64,000 nucleotides of DNA from Psammoneis japonica (Eukaryota). A model generated the notes under the pieces. The model searched no databases and was not told the origin of the DNA. It saw only the letters and a list, made by a program, of their open reading frames with translations. Below are positions 12,051-21,974 of this stretch, piece after piece. Positions within the stretch are counted from its first letter, which is position 1, and every line of letters begins with the position of its first letter. The stretch covers positions 620,001 through 684,000 of the forward strand of contig QPGO01000013.1 in assembly GCA_008632985.1 (NCBI GenBank), in the 5' to 3' direction. The position numbers were made by a program, and so were the translations under genes.

Positions 12051-12866
12051 AACCCGCCCGGGGATCGAGAGCCCCCCTTTTTGGCTGTTGGCTGTGCAGT
12101 GTGCTGCCTCACACAAGTTTCCTTGCAGCACCACACAGTCAAAGGCTTTGATGTGCTGGTCAGATGATGCGGCCCTTCCTCAGCTGGTTTTCTGGGTGCT
12201 CTCCTCTGGGGAAGCCGTTCCGCGGGTTGGACAAGAAGCAGCTCTCTTTCCTGCACACCCCAGTCATTCTTGGCACCTTTTGCTTTTCCATCTTGCTGCA
12301 AAGTCACCATTTGAAATGCTGTGAGCCTCTCCGAGTTCCACGTCTGCCGCTGGGTCGCACATCGCATTGCTGTGTCTCGGGTGGGGCACCAGCCGTCCAG
12401 ATTTGCGCCGTCACTTTGATGCATTATCCGCCTGATCACAAATCCCACCAGCAGAGATAGAACCCTGCGAGAACGCCTTGCAGTTACAGTATGTACAGTA
12501 CAGCACATGTTCCACAACATTCAAAATATCCATTTTTTTAAAAGAAAGGAAACATCTCTGCTGCGATACAAAGGAGCTAAACAGCAACCATTTATTTAAA
12601 TGCGCTGGCAACGTTCCATTATGTACTATACGCCAATGATGATTTGATCTTGATTCAGGAACGACGTGTTTTGCGACCTGCGACTGTTTTTCGCGATCGC
12701 AACGGTCACATGATGATTCGATTGATCTATCAAGCAGCGTTTTCGCGTTTGAGAACTCACAATTTGAAGAGATAGTTTACATACAGTACTGGTAGTTCTA
12801 GTAGAGAGTGTGGGCGTGAGCAGAGTACTCTGAGACATTCTTCATATTATATCAACTCGGGCAATC

Positions 12867-15800
12867 ATGACAGGAGCAAAACCATTGCTCAATGTCATTC
12901 TTGCAGTACTCGCATTCGTCTTGGTGGTTCGTGCTGTTGATGAAGACATCACCAAAGAGATTTTCGACAACGACAAGAGAGACGAAGCTTTTTGGCAACG
13001 ACTTTTGCAAGATTCTATTGACAGTATAACTCCACCTCCGACGCCACCACCTACGCCCCCCCCTGTTATTACAGATCCTCCCTCTCCTGCGCCGTCGACC
13101 CCTGAACCCACCACGGATCCACCTGTGCCAACGACAGCTCCTCCTAGTACTCCTGCGCCGTCGACCTCTGAACCTACTACAGAGCCACCTGTGCCAACGA
13201 CAGCTCCTCCTAGTACTCCTGCGCCGTCGACCTCTGAACCTACGACAGAGCCACCTGTGCCAACGACAGCTCCTCCTAGCACTCCTGCGCCGTCGACCTC
13301 TGAACCCACCACGGATTCACCAGTACCAACGACAGCTCCTCCTAGTACTCCTGCGCCGTCGACCTCTCAACCTACTACAGAGCCACCTGTGCCAACGACA
13401 GCTCCTCCTAGTACTCCTGCGCCGTCGACCTCTCAACCTACTACAGAGCCACCTGTGCCAACGACAGCTCCTCCTAGCACTCCTGCACCGACGACCCCTG
13501 AACCAACGACAGCAGTACCCACATCTCAGCAAGATGTGGCAGACTACATTGAACAAGTCGTGTTAGGCAGGCCCTTTGACCTAGATGTACTGTGGATGAC
13601 AGCCACTGCCGTACCAGAAGGTTCTTTTGTCCGCGACCGGGACCTTGAGGTTGCGGACGAGCCTGTACCTTATGATATGACGTGGGTTGTCATGCTCGAC
13701 GAGACGCCATTGGCCAACTGGGGACACCCTGTGACGTGGATATATGTTAGTGACACTCTAATGGAGCATGTAGTTGTAACTGGTAAGGATTTTCCACCCA
13801 CAGTATGGTTGGGAGAAGGAAGCAAAACTGTGTTTGAATGTGCGGCAGTGACTCCCATTGGTTGTCCAACCGATCCGCCGATTGCTACTGGTGGTGCCGT
13901 GTCGGCGACCATGGGTGCCGCGATGCGTCAGCTCCAGGATTTACGAGTCGACGACAAGGGTTGTCTCTATGCAATACTTCTTTCTGGTGGTGTTGATGAT
14001 AGGAATAACAGGAACAGGTACGCCACCAACCTCAAGAGTGCCTACAATAAACTTCGAGAGTGTGGCTACCCTGCCAATCAGATTTTCACTTATTACACGG
14101 ATGGGAGCGACCCGCTTGATCTTGACAACGCGGATGGTGACAATGATGACGCAACCGGGAGCGACATTACCGGCGGTACCAATGAAACCATTGTTAGGAT
14201 GAAGATCCGAGAGCTCTGCACGACTCTTAATCCAGATCGAGACACGCTCTTCATCTACACAACCAATCACGGGGGAGAGAATTCAGGACTCTACCTTTGG
14301 GACTTCAATGGAGACGGCAGGGACGATGCAGATGAAATCTATACTGTTGATGAACTCGCTGATGACACCGCCGATTGCATGGTCTGCCGTCTGTTCATTA
14401 CAATGGACCAGTGCTTCTCTGGCCAGTTCACGTCAATCGCTAGTCGTGCCACACATGACAATGTTGTAGTCCATACGGCTGCCAATTCAAGCGAGTCGAG
14501 CTACTGTCGCCAGTATATGGACTACTGGGAAGATGAAGACCCTTCGACCTCAACAATTAATGAAATGCATGCTGCAGTTGTTGCTGACATGGCTCCTCCG
14601 CAACGCGCTTGTGCTGCGGGGAGCAATCATTGCGGTGGATGTGTTTCAGATGCAGATTGCCCTGGCGGCGGCACGTGCAGAAATATCAGAACTTCTACGC
14701 CACAGAGTGCCGGCGATGCCAATGGTGATGTCTCGATATGCGACTGCTCGACGGGCAACGGTGGCAATGATTTCATCCTCAGCTTCCTGTACAATCAATT
14801 TGTTACCTCACCGGATCCTCAAAATGTTGAGCTACACCTTGCTTCCGTAGCGGCGAATACAAGCATGGTGACCATTGAATATCCTGTAGGAACACCGTTT
14901 GGAACCCCGATAAACATCACCAACAATGGGTTTACGATTGTGACTTTGCCGACGAATGCTTCTGTCGATTGGCAGCCCAATACTATCAGTGAAAATTCAG
15001 TAAGGGTCAGCGGAGAGGATGAATTCATTGTTTATATGGCGAATCGATTGAGAGCTCAATCGGATGCTTCGCTTGCCTTACCAATAGCCGCAACGAATAC
15101 AGAGTACATCGTCGTCGACTACAATGGCACAGTGCTTATGCAGAATGGTCTGCCTACTCATCCTGAGTTTGTCGTCACGGCATTGCATAATGACACAGTG
15201 GTCACGATTACACCTTCAGAGGATCTGGTTGGTCGAAGTGCAGGTGTACCCTTTGCCGTCACTCTGGACCGTGGCGAATCTTACTTTGGACAAGCTAACG
15301 AATCTACAGTAACTTTGACAGGTTCCACCATCTCAGCCTCCCGCCCAGTCTCTGTGAGCAATGGAGCCCACTGCTCCGACGTGCCTACAGGAACAGACTT
15401 TTGTGACCACCTCTTTGAGGTTGCCGTGCCTGTTCAGTCATGGGGCACGGCCATTGCGGTGGCGAATCTCCCCGACCGACCAAATGGAAGTGTGTATCGA
15501 ATTGTGGCCTCTGAGGATAACAGTGTCATCACTCAAGATGGTGCGACAATTGCTACACTCGATGCCAATCAGTACTTTGAGACCACACCGCTCCCTGGAG
15601 ACCACATTTTTGCGAGTGACAAGCCTATCTTCGTGGCCCAATTCATGACGGGTAGCGCACCTCAGGGGGGCACGGTTGGCGACCCAGCAATGGGCAACAT
15701 GGTGCCAATCGATCAATACCGCACAGAATATAAATTCTCGACCTTTGGCGGTGCGCAGTTTGGGACCAACTACGTCGTGATTATTGCGAATGATACTGAC

Positions 15801-16028
15801 GTTGGCATGGATATGTTGCTGCTCGATGGACAACCAGTGTCGACTGGAAACTTTACGCAGATTGGTTCGAGTGGCCTATCGTCTGCTACTATTCAACTCT
15901 CGCAAGGTCCTCATACGACAGAGTCCAACGTGAGTGGGCATAGCATTTCGGTTGTCGGTGTTGGGGTTCGTGACGCATACTTGTACACGGGAGGCGCTCG
16001 ATTTGCTGGTTGTGACGACCCCAGCTGA
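12867..16028 (+). CDS. Secreted protein: signal peptide, P/T/S repeats, clan CD (C13/legumain-like) peptidase domain, IgGFc-binding (FCGBP N-terminal-like) domain
   Basis: Uninterrupted 1053-aa ORF with a hydrophobic N-terminus. YAILLSGG..NRY, TLFIYTTNHGG (His at 14268) and FITMDQCFSG (Cys at 14412) match the clan CD dyad. SDASLALP..TEYIV..LTGSTISASRPVSV..CDHLFE..PVQSWGT matches the IgGFc-binding pattern. Confidence 0.85.
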   Translation: MTGAKPLLNVILAVLAFVLVVRAVDEDITKEIFDNDKRDEAFWQRLLQDSIDSITPPPTPPPTPPPVITDPPSPAPSTPEPTTDPPVPTTAPPSTPAPSTSEPTTEPPVPTTAPPSTPAPSTSEPTTEPPVPTTAPPSTPAPSTSEPTTDSPVPTTAPPSTPAPSTSQPTTEPPVPTTAPPSTPAPSTSQPTTEPPVPTTAPPSTPAPTTPEPTTAVPTSQQDVADYIEQVVLGRPFDLDVLWMTATAVPEGSFVRDRDLEVADEPVPYDMTWVVMLDETPLANWGHPVTWIYVSDTLMEHVVVTGKDFPPTVWLGEGSKTVFECAAVTPIGCPTDPPIATGGAVSATMGAAMRQLQDLRVDDKGCLYAILLSGGVDDRNNRNRYATNLKSAYNKLRECGYPANQIFTYYTDGSDPLDLDNADGDNDDATGSDITGGTNETIVRMKIRELCTTLNPDRDTLFIYTTNHGGENSGLYLWDFNGDGRDDADEIYTVDELADDTADCMVCRLFITMDQCFSGQFTSIASRATHDNVVVHTAANSSESSYCRQYMDYWEDEDPSTSTINEMHAAVVADMAPPQRACAAGSNHCGGCVSDADCPGGGTCRNIRTSTPQSAGDANGDVSICDCSTGNGGNDFILSFLYNQFVTSPDPQNVELHLASVAANTSMVTIEYPVGTPFGTPINITNNGFTIVTLPTNASVDWQPNTISENSVRVSGEDEFIVYMANRLRAQSDASLALPIAATNTEYIVVDYNGTVLMQNGLPTHPEFVVTALHNDTVVTITPSEDLVGRSAGVPFAVTLDRGESYFGQANESTVTLTGSTISASRPVSVSNGAHCSDVPTGTDFCDHLFEVAVPVQSWGTAIAVANLPDRPNGSVYRIVASEDNSVITQDGATIATLDANQYFETTPLPGDHIFASDKPIFVAQFMTGSAPQGGTVGDPAMGNMVPIDQYRTEYKFSTFGGAQFGTNYVVIIANDTDVGMDMLLLDGQPVSTGNFTQIGSSGLSSATIQLSQGPHTTESNVSGHSISVVGVGVRDAYLYTGGARFAGCDDPS
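13085..13512 (+). repeat. Coding tandem repeat, 66-bp (22-aa) unit PPVPTTAPPSTPAPSTSEPTTE, about 6.5 copies
   Basis: Near-identical units seen directly. Confidence 0.95.
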
Positions 16029-16565
16029 GCATACTCCGTTTTTTAGATCACCTCCGACCATGGATGTTGGTAGAGTGGCTTCCATGAGAGTTCCGAGTAA
16101 AAAATAGAAGCCTTTAGATGTCATGATGCTTCCTAGTTCCACAGTAACTAGATAATGTCACCTTTCTTGCTGTTCTTTGCGCTACCCGCCTAACTTACTG
16201 TACGTTACATACCGAAACTCAGTGCTTCGCCACTGACGATTTACGATGTGTGTTCCGTGGATGGAACAATTCCAAGCTTTGAGAAGAACAGAGCGAGTCG
16301 TCCTCTGCACAAAAAATTCGGCATCAGAGCCCATCACCAGCATCAACTACTAGCTACTAGAGAGAGTAGCTAGCTAGAAGAACTTCTCTAGCTACTAGTC
16401 TCTATTAGGCATCTTTTACGACCTCTATCTTGGATCTTACATCTTACATCGCATCGATCGATCCTCCTCGGCACTTGACGTCCGTCCGTCGTTCTCAAAA
16501 TTTCGAAATAATAAAAGAAACAAGAAACACCCTTTTTTTTTCACACAACACTGTATGCAACAACC

Positions 16566-17345
16566 ATGGACGCCCTCTGCGGTCCCCTGTTTCAGTTACG
16601 TTGGTATGGTACTATTTGTCCGTGTTTAGAGCAACCACAAGACGGTGAAGCAAGAGAAGCACTGTCGGTGCTTGGAAACAAGCGAGTCAAGTGGCATCGA
16701 GGAGCAAGCAGTGGCGGTAGCGGACGCTTGGGTGGATTTGTCTCGGGGCTATTCTCTTCGTCTTCGTCGTCCACGGGAGACAATGTCGTGGACGCCACAT
16801 TGCGCTTTGTTGATACCGATAGAGGTCCGCAATTGCATGTGGATCCGTCGTCGTCGTTGCTGTCTATGAATTTATCGCCCGGCAGCAACGACGGAGAAGC
16901 AGCAGCACCACCGATGAATCAATCCGCTGGCTACATGAAAACGATACCCCTTCGCAAAATCGACAAGGCCGTTGCGAGCTCGGGCAAAGTTATCAAATTA
17001 AAATCAGAAAAAGGTGAAGCTTCCGACGAGACCTTGGTCAAGATTGAATTGATGGAGCTAGACAGTGACTCGGTAGATTTGGTGATTGAATCCTTTACAC
17101 GCTTGATTGAATGGGACGGACGACGACGTGCCGCAAATCCAGAGGAGGACTTAGAGGAGGAAGAGTTTGAGAGTGGCATCAAGGCACGAGCACAAAAAGC
17201 GGCACACTTTGCCAAGCGGGAAATTGAATTGAAACAACAAAAGCGTGAACGAGAAAAGCGAAAAGAAAAGTACATGAATATGAAAAATGGTGGGCTGAAA
17301 TACACGGCAATCGCCATGGCAAATCGGGAGACGCAAATCACCTGA
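16566..17345 (+). CDS. Hypothetical protein with charged C-terminal coiled coil; paralogue of 23589-24356
   Basis: 259-aa ORF, ATG in a caaccATGg context, normal composition. Shares colinear motifs with the 255-aa ORF at 23.6-24.4 kb. Confidence 0.8.
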   Translation: MDALCGPLFQLRWYGTICPCLEQPQDGEAREALSVLGNKRVKWHRGASSGGSGRLGGFVSGLFSSSSSSTGDNVVDATLRFVDTDRGPQLHVDPSSSLLSMNLSPGSNDGEAAAPPMNQSAGYMKTIPLRKIDKAVASSGKVIKLKSEKGEASDETLVKIELMELDSDSVDLVIESFTRLIEWDGRRRAANPEEDLEEEEFESGIKARAQKAAHFAKREIELKQQKREREKRKEKYMNMKNGGLKYTAIAMANRETQIT

Positions 17346-17471
17346 AAGTTGAGCAACAGCTGGCTTGCTAGTAACTATTTATTGTGTTTTCTTATTATTG
17401 TTAGCAGCGGTACATTATCTCGTTCCCTTTTTTCTAGCATTCTTTTTTCTAATAATAGCATTTGTCCTTGT

Positions 17472-18599
17472 TCATCCCTCGGTTTTGGATCCTCCTCCGC
17501 CACCACGAGTTCCTTTTGCAGTAAGCACGACACGTCTCATTTGAAAGCCATTGTTTTCCAATGCCTCCTTGGGATCTGTGGGACCATCGCCCCACAATGT
17601 TTCAGCAGTTTCATCCGTTCCCACGGCTCCAACTTCATCTGTAGTCCAAAACAATTATAAAAAGTCAGAGACAACAAGAATACGCACATTTCGAAATTAC
17701 AATCAAAACATACCACTCGCAAGATCCAAACTCGCAATGAGCGATTTCGTCGAACACGGTTTCCATTCATCATTTGCAAATTCAAGCGCTCGTTGCCAAT
17801 CAAACGTGACAATACCGTGCTCATCACTCGAAAAGGTCCCCTCGGCCAAGATACAATCTTGATGCGCCAGAGACGTGTAACCAAGTGTTCCCAGTTTGAT
17901 GCGATACCCTTGCGTCGACACATCGACGGTCCCGCTCGACATTCGAATCGATTTCTGATCCATCATGGTTTGCTTGACGGAAGGATCTAACGCATGGTGC
18001 CACCATTCTTGTTTGGGTTTGTTCTTTTTTATCTCGTCATCCTTTCGTGGCCGTCGTGGACGTTTGGGTCCGGTGCAAGGACCGCCACCCGGTGCCGTCA
18101 CGTGGTCGGCACGGACTTGGCCGTTTTCATCCGTCACAATCTGAAACTCAACGATCCAACCTTCAATCTGAAAAAGAAGTAAAAACGAACGAACGGCACA
18201 GTTGAGTAGGTTGTCAATGAAAGAGGAGCCAGGTATCCTTAAAAGAATGGTATTAATTCAAAACAAAGAACGAGGAAAACAACTCGTGTACATCACAACG
18301 AATTTGCATTCCGAAATGAGAAAGTTGGAATCTCGAGTATCGAATCGATGACAGTTTCTCAAGTAGAAATCACGTTGCGCGTCGTACATACGTCATGAGA
18401 TCACACTTCTGTAGGATTCCTTTCTTTCGTTACGATATCATTCATTCCAACTCACAAGGGTATGGTATCCTTCACTCAAAATGGCACTTTGATGCACAAA
18501 AACATCATGATCATCCCCGCTATCGTTGGGAGTAATGAATCCATATCCTTTTTGATTCGAAAACCACTTGACAACTCCTTGCACCCGTTCCGACGACAT
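17472..18599 (-). CDS. Cold-shock domain protein, 3 exons (18599-18456, 18167-17714, 17638-17472)
   Basis: [26 protein letters not shown] (RNP1/RNP2). GT-AG introns join the exons in frame (..[12 protein letters not shown].. and ..LAS D|EVGAV..). Confidence 0.9.
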
Positions 18600-18941
18600 C
18601 TTCTTGAAGTGGGTGTCAATAAGGATGTTGTGCGTTGTCAAAATGTGGGCGGTATGGTGTGTGTTCTCTGTTTCGAAATTTTGTGTTTTGTCCATAGTTA
18701 CGTAGAAATGTACGTACTGTTGTACTGACGTTCTGTGTCGCACGTTGACATTCTGTGATATTGAATCATTCGACTAAAAGTCGTCTGTCCACACAACACA
18801 CAACGCCCGCCGCAACACGCAACCGATAACGAGACACCACACACCACCGCACTGTTGCCTGTTGGTGCTGCTGTTGTTATTGTAACTCTCTTACTCTCTC
18901 TCTCTTCATCCCTTCAATTATTCTACCAACAAACAAAAACA

Positions 18942-19189
18942 ATGGGATCCAAAGACAAGTTACCAGTACCCGATCAACTGGAAAAGCAGTTGGCCAAGTG
19001 TAAATCGGTACGGTCCTCCACTTATTACAAATCACGAGAAAAGACTCCACAGGTATGTGTTGTTTTGCGTGCGAAAATGTGTCGGTTTTGCATACAAGAC
19101 TATTCTCAGAATTGAACACCATTTTTATTATCATACAGGAAATCGAAGCTTCCAAGGCCAAACTTGATCCTCCTCCCGCATCCAAGTAG
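18942..19189 (+). CDS. Spliced 53-aa microprotein (exons 18942-19052 and 19139-19189)
   Basis: ATG in an aacaATGg context, donor CAG|gtatgt, acceptor tacag|. The in-frame join gives MGSKDKLPVPDQLEKQLAKCKSVRSSTYYKSREKTPQ|EIEASKAKLDPPPASK*. Confidence 0.6.
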
Positions 19190-19336
19190 TAAACAGAAAC
19201 AAGACGAGCTGACGAGCATAGCATCCCACATGGTAGTATTGGGAAACGTACAGAAAAGTCGCTGTTGTACAAATATTTACAAGCAAGACTTTGTCCAAGA
19301 TGGTTATCCTCTAAATACGCATCATCTTTTTCTCAA

Positions 19337-20860
19337 TCAATTGTCCTTTAGCATGTTTTCCAGTTTGTCCTTGACGGCATCTTGCCAAACCTTGTATCCC
19401 GCTTGGGTCGGATGTCCTCGAATGGAAATCATATTGGACAAGAGCACGTCTTGACCATTGTTGTTACTGGGTTCGGTAAAGAGCGACGTGGCATCAAAAA
19501 ATTCCACACGACGATCATCATGTTTGCGACTGTAGTCGCGTAGCTCTCGATTAATGGCGACAATGGACGTCCACAGGGGCAAGCGGTTCTTGTGGAAACG
19601 GAGCGCATTGTATTTTTTCATTTTGGTTTGAAACTCGTCCATTTTGGGATTGATTCGATCGTGTTTGATTTTCTTTTCAAATTGACGAATGTCCTTTTTG
19701 GAAATTGTAGTGGTATCGTCTTGACGACGCAATGCGCGATTGTTGTTGTTGTTGTTGGCACGCACAAAACTAGAATCACGAAGAAGGCTAGTAGTACCAC
19801 CCATTTTCTTGTTGTTGCGAATCATCATGGCATCCTTGAAATCTATCGGTTTGGGATACACTCCACCCCGCAGTTCTGCCATGGGCAAAAGTGAATTGAT
19901 TACAATTTTGGCATTTGGTTTCGTTTCGAGGAGTCGCTCCACCACGTTTAAAATTCCCATGACTACCACCTCTTCGCTGCATTTCATTCTTGCCAAATCA
20001 TTCATACCCAACGACAACCACCAAATCTTGGGATTCAAGTCGCCTTCGCCATTTAAGAATCGCCACAAGACATTGGGAGACTAATGGGGAATGGTGGAAA
20101 CGGGTGTAACGCGCAAAAGTGAGTACACAGTATTCACACGTTAGTTCACTACAGCACAATACACTATACAACTCACCGCATCTCCCGCAACACCCAATGC
20201 CACAGCCTTGATCTTGCCATCATTATCAAAGTGTTTATGAAATGTCTGTTCCACGCTTTTAAGAGAGGGCGGTTGCAGCCCCATCCATCGTCCAGCCATT
20301 TCCTCCACGACCGAACTACCCAAAAACGCGACATTTACGTTATCGCTACTAGCAGTAGCAACCATGTTCTTATTGAGCATGTGTGCCTTGGTCCATGATT
20401 TGAATTCCAATCGTGGTTGTGGTTCGAGCGGGTCTTCGCAGGCACACTTGTCGTTGCTACCGTCAATGCACCAATGGTCAATGTTTGCCACTTTCAATTC
20501 CGAGGCCGAATGAATCGACGAATAGTCGTGTTGGATAGTTCCAAAGAATTCGGTAGGATTGAATGCCCAATCGGAAAAGATCAAGACAATACCCACAATA
20601 CCAATCAAACCAAGTACGACACATAAACGAAAATGTGCTTGACAGAGTAATGTCGTGTAGTCCAGCAACGTTTGTAGAGAAGAGGAGCTTGTTGTTGCTC
20701 CATGAAAATGATTGACAGATTGTTCTTCGTTTTCCTTTGGATCAGGAGTAGACTCCTCTGTCATCAAGTCTTCCAAGTCATGGTCGTAGTGCTCATCCGT
20801 CAAGGGGCGTGTCTCTTCCTCGGAATGATGGTCGTCGTCGGGGTCCTTATTTTCCGTCAT
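19337..20860 (-). CDS. Membrane-anchored SGNH/GDSL hydrolase (PAF-acetylhydrolase-like), exons 20860-20177 and 20080-19337
   Basis: Blocks FLGSS, LGVAGDA|SPNVLWR, LGMND and GHPT..GY; one TM segment; GT-AG intron. Confidence 0.85.
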
Positions 20861-20877
20861 TGTCAAGCAAGGTTTTG

Positions 20878-21672
20878 AGACCCGTCGTACTCGTGGAAAT
20901 TGGGGTGTAATTCGGGGTGTAATTTGGGGGTGTAAAAACGCGCATCGCGCGAATTTACACCCCAAAATTACACCCATTTTTCGCACGAGTACGAGAGTGT
21001 GAAACTTGGCATCTGCAAATCTGCGAGCAATGATATATCCGTTGAATATATACTCCTGAAAAAATGTTGATATACAATCAGGAATAATACCATATATCCA
21101 TTTTTAATCAACTTATCTGTACGCGAGGTTGAACATGATATTGACTGCATCAAACCACCATGGCGTTCGGCGGCTCCGCTGCGACCTTACACATATCAAA
21201 ACACTGTTCTGACAAGCCTAATCGATGTATAATAACGTGATTAATATTATGTGTTACTGATGTATCCATATCTAAGGTATCAGCAACCATATGACGTGTT
21301 TTTCTTCTGAAAAGGCATGGAGTTGCCATCATTTTGTTCTCCGTTGACTTCAATCTCATCGTTTTTCGCCGTTCTTTCTTTCATAAACACATCATAATAG
21401 CTCCCCAGCAACGATTTTTCACATCTCTTATTGACTGACGTTCGTTGTTGATTGTTGGTTGCCATTGTTGTTCGACAATTCTGATGTTATCTGCCGTCAT
21501 GGACGATGATGAGTCTGTTTTCGTACGAAAAATTACAGGCTCGCAGAATTTTTTACAGGAAAAAAAATACATGCCTCTGGCGGCCTATTTGTTGGCTGTA
21601 ATTTTTTTTGAGGGGTGTAACCCCAAAATTACACCCCGAATTACACCCCTCCGCCACGAGTACGACGGGTCT
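20878..21672. mobile_element. Putative MITE/non-autonomous TIR element (about 795 bp)
   Basis: Perfect 19-bp inverted termini AGACCCGTCGTACTCGTGG / CCACGAGTACGACGGGTCT, subterminal GGGGTGTAATT repeats at both ends, AT-rich non-coding interior. No TSD identified. Confidence 0.75.
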
Positions 21673-21974
21673 GGAGTGTTGATTGATTGATTGATGATGC
21701 GGGCATGCGGCATGTTGAAGGAATCTATTTCCTCGTTGCTGAAGAAATGAATGCAAGATTCAAACTGCCGGTTGGCATCCTCATCGACGTAGCTTTTATA
21801 CCATGATCTACGTACCGTATGTTGTTACAGCATTTTCACGTAACTCCCTCCAACACGAAAGATCCGGGACGACACGTGATCTTTTTTTTTTTCGCCAATG
21901 ATCCCGTCATCAGAAAAAATATCTGCGCATTGCTTCTTTTGCAATAACTAGTAACCTCTACAGCCAAAACAACC

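Larger units (their letters stand above)
1..12420. other. TpA/CpG-depleted hypermutated block 1 (decayed repeats and transposons)
   Basis: Only about 25 TA dinucleotides found by eye in 12 kb. CG is also rare until about 12000 and TG/CA is in excess. ORF translations are essentially Tyr-free and rich in C/H/W/M/Q. Normal composition resumes at about 12450. Confidence 0.9.

Noticed and set aside
1..12400. Dozens of 60-280 aa ORFs as real genes (likewise 35.3-36.3, 39.5-41.6, 44.4-46.2 and 48.2-54.7 kb)
   Set aside because: They overlap in all frames, lack Tyr and result from TAA/TAG depletion. The recognisable motifs are frameshifted TE or pseudogene fragments.
1..12420. Classical fungal-type RIP or plain CpG deamination as the full explanation
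   Set aside because: RIP raises TpA and AT content, and CpG decay does not consume TpA. Here TpA is the most depleted step.
13085..13512. CRISPR-like array
   Set aside because: Contiguous in-frame coding repeats with no unique spacers, in a eukaryotic context with no cas genes.
20895..20972. Interstitial telomere repeat (GGGGTGTAATT)
   Set aside because: Few copies, mixed orientation and mirrored at 21612-21650 within TIRs, so better explained as subterminal repeats.
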